This document shows, in pieces, positions 22,663-33,684 of a DNA stretch of 64,000 bases (position 1 is the stretch's first letter; every line of letters starts with the position of its first letter). Under the pieces are notes generated by a model, which saw only the letters and a program-made list of their open reading frames with translations, searched no databases and was not told the DNA's origin. The translations under genes and the position numbers were made by a program. Origin of the DNA: Fistulifera solaris (Eukaryota); assembly GCA_030295235.1 (NCBI GenBank), contig AP026145.1, positions 620,001-684,000 on the forward strand. Direction: 5' to 3'.

Positions 22663-23041
22663 GGTTCTTTTGTTATCGTGTAATCTTGAATGCAAGTATG
22701 AGGACGAGTGACAATCACAACCGCAACAGCTGTTTGTGTTTGCCTCTCGCTGCTCCCCGCTCATCGTCGTCAGTTCGCGCACTGCGTCAAAAAGTTGAGG
22801 CTCTTTCTGGTTCTACAGTGGTGTGCTGGTGCGACATAAGGTTGGCGGGAAAAACGAACGCCGCGGAGAACGCGCGGACGACGACTCTTTAAGGCGATTG
22901 TACCTGGTAGTTGGCTAGATTAGCGCCTAATGAGTAGATCAAAGAAATCATATTACCCGGTAATTGTACTAGTCTAGAGAGAGCAAAGGAAGATGTCAAT
23001 GAGGTGACAATTTGGCTCGGACAACAATTCATTTAAATGAC

Positions 23042-23096
23042 TCATGACTGAAATGCAGTCGTGGTCTCATAGAACCATCACTTTGAGTCCATAGTA
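23042..23096 (+). repeat. Dispersed hairpin element
   Basis: tcatgactgaaatgcagtcgtg...cactttgagtccatagta; tandem tcatgac triplet also at ~23313-23335. Confidence 0.85.
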
Positions 23097-23596
23097 AAGA
23101 CGGAACACAACGTTTCGCAAGGTTCTTCGATACTCCGTATAAAATAGAATGACGTGTAATGCAAACGCTGCTAAAGACTATTTCATTGCAACAACGACAA
23201 ATGGAGCTTAAAAGCCTATCGCATTACGCAGCAACGACAAATGGCGAATAGAGTTCAAGAAAATTTGCTAACGTAGGCAGCATCGTGCATTGTCGCTCGA
23301 CAGAAAATTGAGTCATGACTCATGACTCATGACTGATACATTTTGGCTTTTATTAGATACGGTTGTCCTTTTTGAGAGGTAGACGGAAACTCTGAATTGC
23401 TAAATAAACCTACACAGAGAGTGTATAGTCCGTTTAGAAAAATAATCAAAAATCAAAAATATTACACGAGATCGCTGAATTGAGTAGAAGTGCATCATTG
23501 ATTGTTCATTGTGATGTCGAGCTCCTTCATTATGATTCATTCAACAAAAACAAATATAGTATGAGGCGCTGAAAACTTTACACAAAGGATAAGATC

Positions 23597-24684
23597 ATGT
23601 CGAGAAGAAGGCGGAGGACGCCCCTTTTTGGGCACAAGGCTGTGCTCTTCTTCCTCATCCTGGTTTTTTTCGACAAGTGCCGACGACAACAATAACAGCA
23701 TACAAATTGCGATCGTGGCTTGTGGGAAAGCACGTGTGGAAGAAGCCATGGTATCGATTCGTTCGGCGATCCTGTCGACCACCGAGCCACTGACCTTTCA
23801 TATCATTCATGACGATCCACACTTTACCTTCGATGTCGCCACCCTGCCCGCCACGTTTCATTTCTATCCGGCGCAATTGCCGGAACCGTACGCTCATTTG
23901 TTTGCACCGTGTGCCGCCCAACGATTGTTTCTGCATGATGTATTGCCCGAATCGGTTCATAAAGTGTTGTATGTTGACGCCGATACCATTTTCTTGGACG
24001 ATGTCGCGCGATTGTGGAAGGAATTTGAAAAATTTTCATCGGTGGCCGCCATGGCCGCCGAGCATGAACCTTCTCATCAACGGGCATACTACAAGGATGA
24101 AGCAACGCATCCCTATTACAATCAGAAAGGTGTGCATGGGTTGAATTCGGGCGTCATTTTGTTGAATCTCGAGAAATTGCGGTCCGACCCCTGGAACGAG
24201 GAGCTGGATCAGTTTTTAGCTACTTATACATTGCGCTACCATGATCAAGATCTTCTCAACTTGTACTTTTATCACCACCCGGAGCGCTTGCATCTTCTTT
24301 CTTGTCGCTGGAATTATCGCACGGATCATTGCTTCTATCGGGAACATTGTTCCGATGTCGGGCCACCCGAATCGGGGGGAAACCGCAGTGATTGGTTTGT
24401 TGCACGGCAGTCGTGGTGTCTTTCATCTCCCTCCGGAGGATGACTGGTTTGTGAAAGCGTTCGCGTTGACGTACGAGACCTTTATCGAAGAGACTCATAT
24501 GGACTGCGAACGCTTGGTGAAATCATTCGAAACCAAAGCCGTGGCCTGGATCCAAAGCGTTGATCCAGAATCCATCACGAACAACTGTCAAGCAATTGCG
24601 CTTCCTAATATTTTTGTCACATTGCAAGCCAACTGTCGACGAAACAAGGCCAAGCTAAAATTGCATCATCACTTTGAGTTATGA
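23597..24684 (+). CDS. GT8 glycosyltransferase, glucoside xylosyltransferase (GXYLT)-like, copy 1
   Basis: IVACG..R.EE, FAPCAAQRLFL, LYVDADTIFL (DxD), GLNSGVILLNL, DQDLLN, CRWNYR.DHC, LLHGSRG; type II TM; frameshifts in T7 (~23665) and near G6 (~24375). Confidence 0.85.
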
Positions 24685-24725
24685 CGCACTGTCGAATTGT
24701 TAGCAAAGCATTACTTTTATTTATA

Positions 24726-27076
24726 TCATCGGCTGTACATTAGTATTTGCACATCTTGGCGATAAATATTACTTTGAACCGACAAGGACTCGTCGCTATC
24801 TATTAGCTTTTGAGACGTACGTTCTTTTGTTGGCGCTTCTACGTTGCGGCGCCAATCGAATGGAACAAGCTTTATGTCAATAGTTCCGTCGGCACGCAGT
24901 GCTGTTCCCAATACCTCGTCTAGTTTTCCCCGATCTATAAGGGGCTTTATTTTATGCAACACCATGTCGCTTACATATCCAGCCGTCGCAGCATTTCGAA
25001 AGACCGTCAACATGGCAGAATCTCGTTTTTCTCCTTCAGGCATCAAATGACGGAGTGCTCCGAGGGTCGTAGCAAACGTAACATCGTTCGGTTTCGCATG
25101 ATCTGATTCTTGCAGTTCTTGGTATGTTTTGATGGCGATGCGCAGTGCAGTCTGCTTCTCAAGCTTGTCATTTTCGCAGAAAGCACATCTTCAACGACAA
25201 AAGAAAGCAAGTGAGTTGCAAAAAAAACTACATAGAAGAGATCCAAAGTTCAGTTATGCACTTACGCGTTAATGACTCCGCCGTAACAATGCGCGTTGGG
25301 TGAGGCAGTAATTACACCATCCTTACTCAACTGAATCATTTTATCAAGCACTCGGCGGGCGCGAGCCACGTTCCCTAATTTTCGTGATCTGGCCCAGGCA
25401 TAAATTGTCAAGCCAAATATAAACTCATTCGGGCGAAGACTCTCATCTTTGAGATCTTGGTAGACAGAGATCAAATAATTTAACAATGCTTCCGCATTCT
25501 CCCCGGCATCCGGATCTCCTGAACGCTGCCACGCGTCCAATACAGTCGCTACCGTCTGAACAGTCGGTTTGATCTTGTCGTTACCATGTTTGTATTCGTC
25601 AAACAAATCAAATAGAACATCCTGGGCTTTCTGGGCTGATCCTTTTGTGTTTGAATTGGCGTACGCACACATCAACGTGCCGTAACTAATGAGATTGGGG
25701 CGGGCGGCCATATTCCCATTGCGAAAGCTGCGCTGCTGGCGTTCAAAGATAGCTTCGCACTTCATTGCAGCATTGTCATCCTTTGATTTAGCCCAGCCAT
25801 CCATAACAGTTGAATAGGAAGCGGCATCAGGAAAAGGTATTTGGTTGACTTCTTGCTCCATCAATTCCAACAATTGCTCCGCTCGACGAAGATTGCCCGA
25901 TCGGGTCCATGCTAAAAGCATACTGTTGTAGGTTTGCACTTTTGGTTCAATTTTACTTTGAATCATAACATCCAATAGTTCTTGTGCCTTTTGTGCCGAT
26001 TCTTCATCACGGCGACCGGCATATATTCCCATCATGGTCGTGTAAGAAATTCGATCGGCAATTTTTCGCTTCCGTAAGTGGGCCAAGATCGCTTCCCCGC
26101 GCTCCACGGACTGGGCCGTCCCGGCCAATCTCCAGATTTTCAGCAGTTTGTTGTACTCGATCACCTGCACGGTTCTCTGCTGTTCCATCACCGCCAAGAG
26201 TTCCTGGGACTTTTCCGCCACCCGACAAGCGGAATGGGTTTCCGCGACTGCCACATAGGTATCCAACAGGGCGATCTGCAATTGTTTCATGTCAGTGCCT
26301 TCGCGGGCCCATGGAGCTTTCTTAGCGATGCGGTAAAACTCTTCGGCTTGTTTCATAACTTTTTCGGGTGGCTGATCGTGCAACATACAGTGTATCACGA
26401 CCGCGTACGTTCGCGCATTGACTTGACCCTGCTGTTCCATGCCCTTCCAAATTTCCACGGCTCGTTTGGAAGAGGAACCTACCTTCTTGGAATGCGCTTC
26501 CAACAATAAATTGTACGAGATGAGATTCGGATGCAATTTCGCAGGCCCATCGTTCATGATCTTGATGAGTTGTTCCGCCTTCACAACATTCCCTTCCCGC
26601 GCGTATGCACTCAACAGAATATTGTAATCTCCCAAATTGGCTTCGTCGCCCATCGCTTGAAACCAATGTTCGGCGCGGGTGGTATTGGCGTCCCGTACGT
26701 GTGCTAGCATTAACACATTCCAGGTTATTCTGTTTCCTGGCAATGGAGACATACTCTCATAAATTTGTTCCGCTTGCTCGGTTTCTCCGATCCGACCAAA
26801 GGCGTCCATGACTATGGTATAGTGTTTCGTGGTAAGTTTATGTCCTTTGGATCGGAGGTCTTCTAACAAACCTTTGGCTTTGTATGCGGCTTCGAGTGTA
26901 TTCATTTTGCTGTACGTGTGAAGTAAGGGAATGTATGCATCGTTTGGGATTTCTTCTCGCAATGTACTTAGCAGTGCTATCGCGTGTTTGCAGTTACGAA
27001 CAGGATGCGGCGACAGAAAGGCGTCGACGACAACTCGAAAAGACGCAACTGCAACCAGCAGAACCCATTTCTTCAT
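24726..27076 (-). CDS. Pentatricopeptide-repeat (PPR) protein, plastid-targeted, copy 1
   Basis: Many 35-aa PPR motifs (HYTIVMDAFGR, SYNLLLEAHSK, SYSTVMDGWAKS); signal peptide + DAF; intron 25189-25265; spliced frame intact. Confidence 0.92.
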
Positions 27077-27423
27077 TCTTTTTACACTATACGGCAACTC
27101 TGTTACCATCCGGCTCCTTTCGATTGCCTCCTTTGTTGTGTTTATTGTCAAGAATGATAGTCTAGTGGACGTGAGAAGGAAAAAAATGAACTGCAAAATA
27201 ACGAAAGTAAGCCTTGCAGGAAAGGACGTTAAAATTCTGCCTCTCAGTACGAATTTCTACGTAGAGCCTACGGCAAGGCAGAATTTTAACGTCGTTTCCA
27301 GTAACCTTATAATCCGAAACCAGGCAGAGGCTCGCGGATGTTGATGTTGGTGAGACGAGACGAGACGAGACGGAACGTGTAAAACGTCGTAGCAGTTCTC
27401 AACCTTTATCCTATAAGGCTGCT

Positions 27424-28353
27424 ACCTTCATATTAGACTGTATTGTTTTCGATAAATGATTCAATTGATATTCGCCTCGTCGCCATCGTCGTCACTTGGT
27501 CGTCATCTCGTCGGCAGATTATTTTTTCTCTGCATTTCCCGTCAGAATTTTCGTCTGCCTAAAAATATAAACAACCGTAGCTACTACTGTAGTGCTAAAA
27601 GCTATAACCTTACTGGTAAGGGCGTGAGAGGACTGTTGAAAATTAACGATCGCAATGATTTTGACGTAAAGAATAAAAATAAAAGTTCAAACGAGTTTTG
27701 CAAAAGTTGTACTTGTATGAGACTATCATAATGAAGGATGTTTAGCTCTCTCTAGCAGTCGTGCTCAGGAAAATCAAGACTCATGACTGGAATCCAGTCG
27801 CATGAAAGTCCAATCTGTAACGCTATGAACTATGGGAGAAAAAGTGAAGTTAGGTGTAAGTTGGCTCGGTAGATTGTTGATTGATGAGAAACATATATAG
27901 CTCTTGTTGTAGAAACGACGCTAAGCTAAAATTGCATCAGTGCAGTCGTGGCGAAATACGGACAACAGTTTGGTCGATAGAAAAATACAGGAGGCAACGT
28001 TTTGCAAGTGTTTCGACGTAAAGTGTCAAGGCTCTTAATAAAGACGCTGCTACAGTACAAACTATTTGCTTGCAATAACGACAAATGGAGCTCAAGAAAT
28101 TCGCTTAACAAACGTATTGTAGAGCTTTGTCGCTCAAACAAAATTCGATTCCTTGCAGTCATGGATGAGCTGAATATACACTTTGAGCTATAGTAGCTAC
28201 GGTTGTTTATATTTTTAGGCAGACGAAAATTCTGACGGGAAATGCAGAGAAAAAATAATCTGCCGACGAGATGACGACCAAGTGACGACGATGGCGACGA
28301 GGCGAATATCAATTGAATCATTTATCAAAAACAATATAGTCTAATATGAAGGT
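27424..28353. repeat. 163-bp inverted repeat (arms 27424-27586 and 28191-28353, ~604-bp spacer)
   Basis: Arms are reverse complements with 2 mismatches seen; the ORF track shows the same peptide on opposite strands (27456+ and 28321-). Confidence 0.95.
27781..27800 (+). repeat. Dispersed hairpin element (degenerate copy; partial copy also at ~28155-28195)
   Basis: tcatgactggaatccagtcg; at 28155 gcagtcatg...cactttgagctatagta. Confidence 0.65.
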
Positions 28354-28382
28354 CTTTCTAAATCTACACAAACAATAAGATC

Positions 28383-29506
28383 ATGTCGAGAAGAAGGCGG
28401 GGGACGCCGCTTTTTGGTCACATGATGGCTGTGTTCTTCTTCCTCATCCTTCTTTTTTTCGACAAGGGCCGACAACGACAACAACAACAGCATAGAAATT
28501 GCGGTCGTGGCTTGTGGTAAAGCGCGTGTGGAAGAAGCCATGGTATCGACTCGTTCGGCGATTCTGTCGACCACCGAGCCACTGACCTTTCATATCGTTC
28601 ATGACGATCAAAACCTTATTTTCGATTTCACCACCCTGCCCGCCACGTTTCATTTCTATCCGGCGCAATTGCCGGAACCGTACGCCCATTTGTTTGCACC
28701 CTGTGTCGCCCAACGATTGTTTCTGCATGACGTATTGCCCGAATCGGTTCCTAAAGTCTTGTATGTGGACGCCGATACCATTTTCTTGGACGACGTCGCG
28801 CGATTGTAGAAGGAATTTGAACGATTTTCATCGGTGGCCGCCATGGCCGCCGAGCATGAACCGTCTCATCAACGGGCATACTACAAGGATGAAGCAACGC
28901 ATCCCTATTACAATCATGGTGGTGTACATGGGTTGAATTCGGGCGTCATTTTGTTGAATCTACAAAAGTTGCGGTCCGATCCCTGGAATGAGGAGCTGGA
29001 TCAGTTTTTAGCTACTTATACATTGCGCTACCATGATCAAGATCTTCTCAACTTGTACTTTTATCACCACCCGGAGCGCTTGCATCTTCTTTCTTGTCGC
29101 TGGAATTATCGCACGGATCATTGCTTCTATCGGGAACATTGTTCCGATGTCGGGCCACCCGAATCGGGGGGAAACCGCCGTGATTGGTTTGTTGCACGGC
29201 AGTCGTGGTGTCTTTCATCTCCCTCCCGAGGATGACTGGTTTGTGAAAGCGTTCGCGTTGACGTACGAGACCTTTATCGAAGAGACTCATATGGACTGCG
29301 AACGCTTGGTGAAATCATTCGAAACCAAAGCCGTGGCCTGGATCCAAAGCGTTGATCCAGAATCCATCACGAACAACTGTCAAGCAATTGCGCTTCCTAA
29401 TATTTTTGTCACATTGCAAGCCAACTGTCGACGAAACAAGGCCAAGCTACAATTGCATCAGCTCCCGATGTCCCGCAGGGGAAAGAGCCGGCATTCTGAG
29501 TTATGA
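28383..29506 (+). pseudogene. GXYLT-like GT8 glycosyltransferase, copy 2, with in-frame nonsense codon
   Basis: Near-identical to copy 1, but TGG (Trp) is TAG at 28807-28809; this is a substitution, not a homopolymer indel. Confidence 0.7.
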
Positions 29507-29609
29507 CGCACTGTCGAATTTCGAAGCAAAGCATTACTTTTCTATAATCATCGGCTGTACATTAGTATTTGCACAACGTGGCGATTAATGGTCGCCAAAC
29601 GCGCTATCG

Positions 29610-31889
29610 CTATCTAGCTTTTGAGATGTACGTTCTTTTTGCTGGCGCTTCTACGTTTCGACGCCAATCGAATGGAACAAGCTTCATGTCGATAGTTCCG
29701 TCGGCACGCAGTGCTATTCCAAATACCTTGTCGAAACTTCCCCGTTTTAGAACGGGCTGTATTTTATGCAACACCATATCGCTTACATATCCAGCCGACG
29801 CAGCATTTCGAAAGACCGTCAACATGGCAGAATCTCGTTTTTCTCCCTCGGGCATCAGATGCCGGAGTGCTGCCAAGGTCGTAGCAAACGTAACATCGTT
29901 CGGTTTCGCATGATCTGATTCTTGCAGTTCTTGGTATGTTTTGATGGCGATGCGCAGTGCAGTCTGCTTCTCAAGCTTGTCATTTTCGCAGAAAGCACAT
30001 CTTCAACGACAAAAGAAAGCGAGTGAGTTGCGCGAAATCGTACGAAGGGAGAAATCCAAAGTTCAGATATGCACTTACGCGTTAATGACTCCGCCGTAAC
30101 AATGAGCGTTGGGCCAAGTAGTAATTACGCCATCTTTTTCATTTGAATCATTTTATCAAGCAGTCGGCGGGCGCGAACCATCTTCCCTAATTTTCGTGAT
30201 CTGCCCCAGGCAAAAATTGTTAAGCCAAATATATATTCATTCGGGCGAAGATTCTCATCTTTGAGATCTTGGTAGACAGAGATCATCCAATTTAGCAATG
30301 CTTCTGCATTCTCCCCGGCATCCGGTTCTCCTGAACGCTGCCAAGCGTCCAATACAGTCGCCACCGTCTGAGCATTCGGTTTGATCTTGTCGTTACCGTG
30401 TTTGTATTCGTCAAACAAATCAAACAGAACATCCTGAGCTCTCTGGGCTGATCCTTTTTTGTTTGAAGTGGCGTGCGCACTCATCAACGTGCCGTAATTA
30501 ATGAGATTGGGGCGGGCGGCCATATTCCCGTTGCGAAAGCTGCGCTGCTGGCGTTCGAAGATAGCTTCGCACTTCATTACAGCATTGTCATCCTTTGATT
30601 TAGCCCAACCATCCATAATAGTTGAATAGGAAACGGCATTAGGGAACGGTATTTGATTGCCTTCTTGCTCCATCAATTCCAACAATTGCTCCGCTCGACG
30701 AAGATTGCCCGATCGGGCCCATGCTAAAAGAATATTGTTGTAGGTCTGCACTTTTGGTTCAATTTTACTTTGAATCATAACATCCAATAGTTCTTGTGCC
30801 TTTTGTGCCGATTCTTCATCACAGCGACCGGCATATATTCCCATCATGGTCGTATAAGAATATCGATCGGCCATCTTTCGCTTTCGTAAGTGGGCCAAGA
30901 TCGCTTCCCCGCGCACCACAGATTGGGCGGTCCCGGCCAGTTTCCAGATTTTCAACAGCTTGTTGTACTCAATCAAGTTCACGGTTCTCTGTTGTTCCAT
31001 CACCGCCAAGAGTTCCTGGGACTTTTCCGCCAACCGAAGAGCGGAATGGGATTTCGCGACTGCCACGTAGGTATCCAACAGGGCGATCTGCAATCGTTCC
31101 ATGTCCTTGCCTTCGCGGGCCCATGGAGCGTTCTGCGCGATGCGGTAAAACTCTTCAGCTTGTTTCTTAACCTTTTCGGGTGGCTGATCGTGCAACATAC
31201 ACTGTATGACGGTCGCGAACGTTCGCGCATTGACTTGACCCTGCTGTTCCATGCCCTTCCAAATTTCCACGGCTCGTTTGGAAGAGGAACCTACCTTCTT
31301 GGAATGCGCTTCCAACAATAAATTGTACGAGATGAGATTCGGACGCAATTTTGCAGGCCCATCGTTCATGATCTTGATGAGTTGTTCCGCCTTCACAACA
31401 TTCCCTTCCCGCGCGTATGCACTCAACAGAATATTGTAATCTCCCAAATTGGCTTCGTCGCCCATCGCTTGAAACCAATGTTCGGCGCGGGTGGTATTGG
31501 CGTCCCGTACGTGTGCTAGCAGTAATACATTCCAGGTTACTTTGTTTCCGGGCAGAGGAGACATACTCTCATAAATTTGTTCCGCTTGCTCGGTTTTCTC
31601 CGATCCGACCAAAGGCGTCCATGACTATGGTATAGTGTTTCGTGGTGAGTTCATGTCCTTTTGATCGGAGGTCTTCTAACAAACCTTTGGCTTTGTATGC
31701 GGCTTCGAGTGTATTCATTTTGCTGTACGTGTGAAGTAAGGGAATGTATGCATCGTTTGGGATTTCTTCTCGCAATGTACTTAGTAGTGCTGTCGTGTGT
31801 TTGCAGTTACGAACAGGAAGCGGCGACAGAAAGGCGTCGACGACAACTTGAAACGACGCAACTGCTACCAGCAGAACCCATTTCTTCAT
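29610..31889 (-). CDS. PPR protein, plastid-targeted, copy 2
   Basis: Paralog of 24726-27076 with the same intron (~30001-30078); frameshifts at homopolymers near 31595 and ~30135. Confidence 0.85.
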
Positions 31890-32252
31890 TCTTTTACACT
31901 ATACGGCAATTCTGTTACCATCCGGCTCCTTTCGATTGCCTCCTTTGTTGTGTTTATTGTCAGGAAGGATAGTCTAAAGTGGCGACGCGAGAAGGGGAAA
32001 AAATAATGAAACGCAATAGCGAAGTTAATCCGAAGAGACCCGGAAGTTGAAGTTGATGTTCGTTAGACGGAACGTGTAAAATGTCGTAGCAGTTCTCAAG
32101 TACCTGGTAGTAGCCTAAGGCGGCTAGTGCTAAGGTTACTTTATAAACTTAACGGTAAGGGCAAGGTAGAAGTACGACCTTGCTAATACGAAGACACCAC
32201 CACAACATAACGATCTATCTAGCTAGACTAATCCTTTGCTACTTACCAAGTA

Positions 32253-33229
32253 TCACTCCAACTTGACTTTATCTGGGTATGCACGTTGTAATTGAAACGC
32301 CCGACTCGCTTGATGCAACAAAATTTGCCACGCACGGTAGGTCTCCACCATGTCACGATCCAGCGGAGGAGGACGCCGCAACGCATCGACGATCCATCGC
32401 ACGGTCAGGAGTACTAGACTCAGCAACAGGATCCACCACACGGGACGCGCCATTTGAAGCCACGCGTCTTGTTTTTGCCCAAAAATACGTTGACATTCCT
32501 CGAGATTGCGACTCCAAAACACTTCATCTCCATGATAGGTGATTCGTGAACAAATATGGGGCAGCGAAGCTCCTTCCCAGCCTACCATCCAGGGTCCGTG
32601 GCGATACAATTCGGTCAATGGGATCTGGACGACTGCCTGATGGAGCCACATAAGTGTGCGCTCCATCAGGTACAGCAGGGTGGGCCAAAAAAGAAATGTC
32701 ATTAACAATATGAAAAAGAAAAGAGCAGCAACCACGGCATATATTGCTGATACCAGGGCAGGGAGGGAGTAGGTGGCGGAGGAGTGAATTGTACCGTATA
32801 AACAAGGTCGCGCTCGTTGCTTTGCAACACGTGCTCCAATGTATAAAAATGCCCAACGCGCGACTCTTGAAACAAACCCACAACAGGTTGTGGCAGACAC
32901 ATGGATTGTTGGATACAGGCCGCCAGTGTATTCGCCGTCATGTCGGGTGTGATGTGAAACGATAGAATGGAATGAGGAGAGTAATTTTCGGGGGAAGTGC
33001 GGACGCGGAGTAGCCATTCTTCAGAACGATTGCGTCGGTCCGAATTGCCCGATACTCGATCATCTTGCCTTGGAATGATGGGTAATGATGGTTGGTTGGC
33101 CGTAGCACGGGGGCGGGGTATTTGTACAAAGTCGTCGTCGTCCTGCCTTTGCGGCGTATTTGGCGGGCCTTCGCGTCGAGGAGGCGGCGGCGGCGGTACA
33201 CGAACTCTGGTTTGCAGTCGTGTTTGCAT
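32253..33229 (-). CDS. Hypothetical membrane protein (Pro-rich N-terminus, two TM regions)
   Basis: Overlapping ORFs 32702-33259 and 32253-33017 join via a frameshift near 32720; 'LYRHGPW..GWEG..L..IC..IT...FW..N..EC' looks conserved; start uncertain. Confidence 0.6.
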
Positions 33230-33684
33230 TGAATGATAAGACTGATTGATATGCTTCAATGATAGGGTGGTTCATGGAGAGCAGCGCTCTCGCTTGGAGA
33301 GGAGGAAAAAATGGTTCTCGCCATTCATTGTCGCGCATTACATCCTTACACGTCGCTGAAACGTGCACTTACATACAAAATAACGTCAACGACGCGTAGC
33401 GGTAGTGAGTATCTAACCAGACCGGTACTTGGAACGGTGTACAGACCTTGGTGCTTTCCGACGAGGACAGATAGAAGATAGATGTCTGCCGTTTCTTTCG
33501 GAACCAACGAAAAAACGCAACATGCGAGATGCGAGGTTGCGAGGAAAGACACATGCAACCATGACACAAAAGACCGCATCTTTGAAGCATTTGTCCGAAG
33601 ATTTTGTCTGATCATAAGCTATTTTACTTTGTTGAATAGTTTCTCTTCTGATTCAGAGTTGCGCAAGATAAAGAATACAGCATC

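Noticed and set aside
24372..24392. G GGA AAC -1 ribosomal slippery heptamer at the frameshift shared by both GT8 copies
   Set aside because: The conserved downstream frame (ETAVIGLLHG) needs a +1/-2 shift, and -1 hits TGA at once in copy 1; a systematic G-run error is simpler
27456..28321. Twin ORFs beginning MIQLIFASSPSS on opposite strands
   Set aside because: By-product of the inverted repeat; no coding features
27424..28353. Autonomous TIR transposon
   Set aside because: No transposase in the spacer, no clear target-site duplication, and the spacer and right arm are homologous to native GT8 upstream DNA
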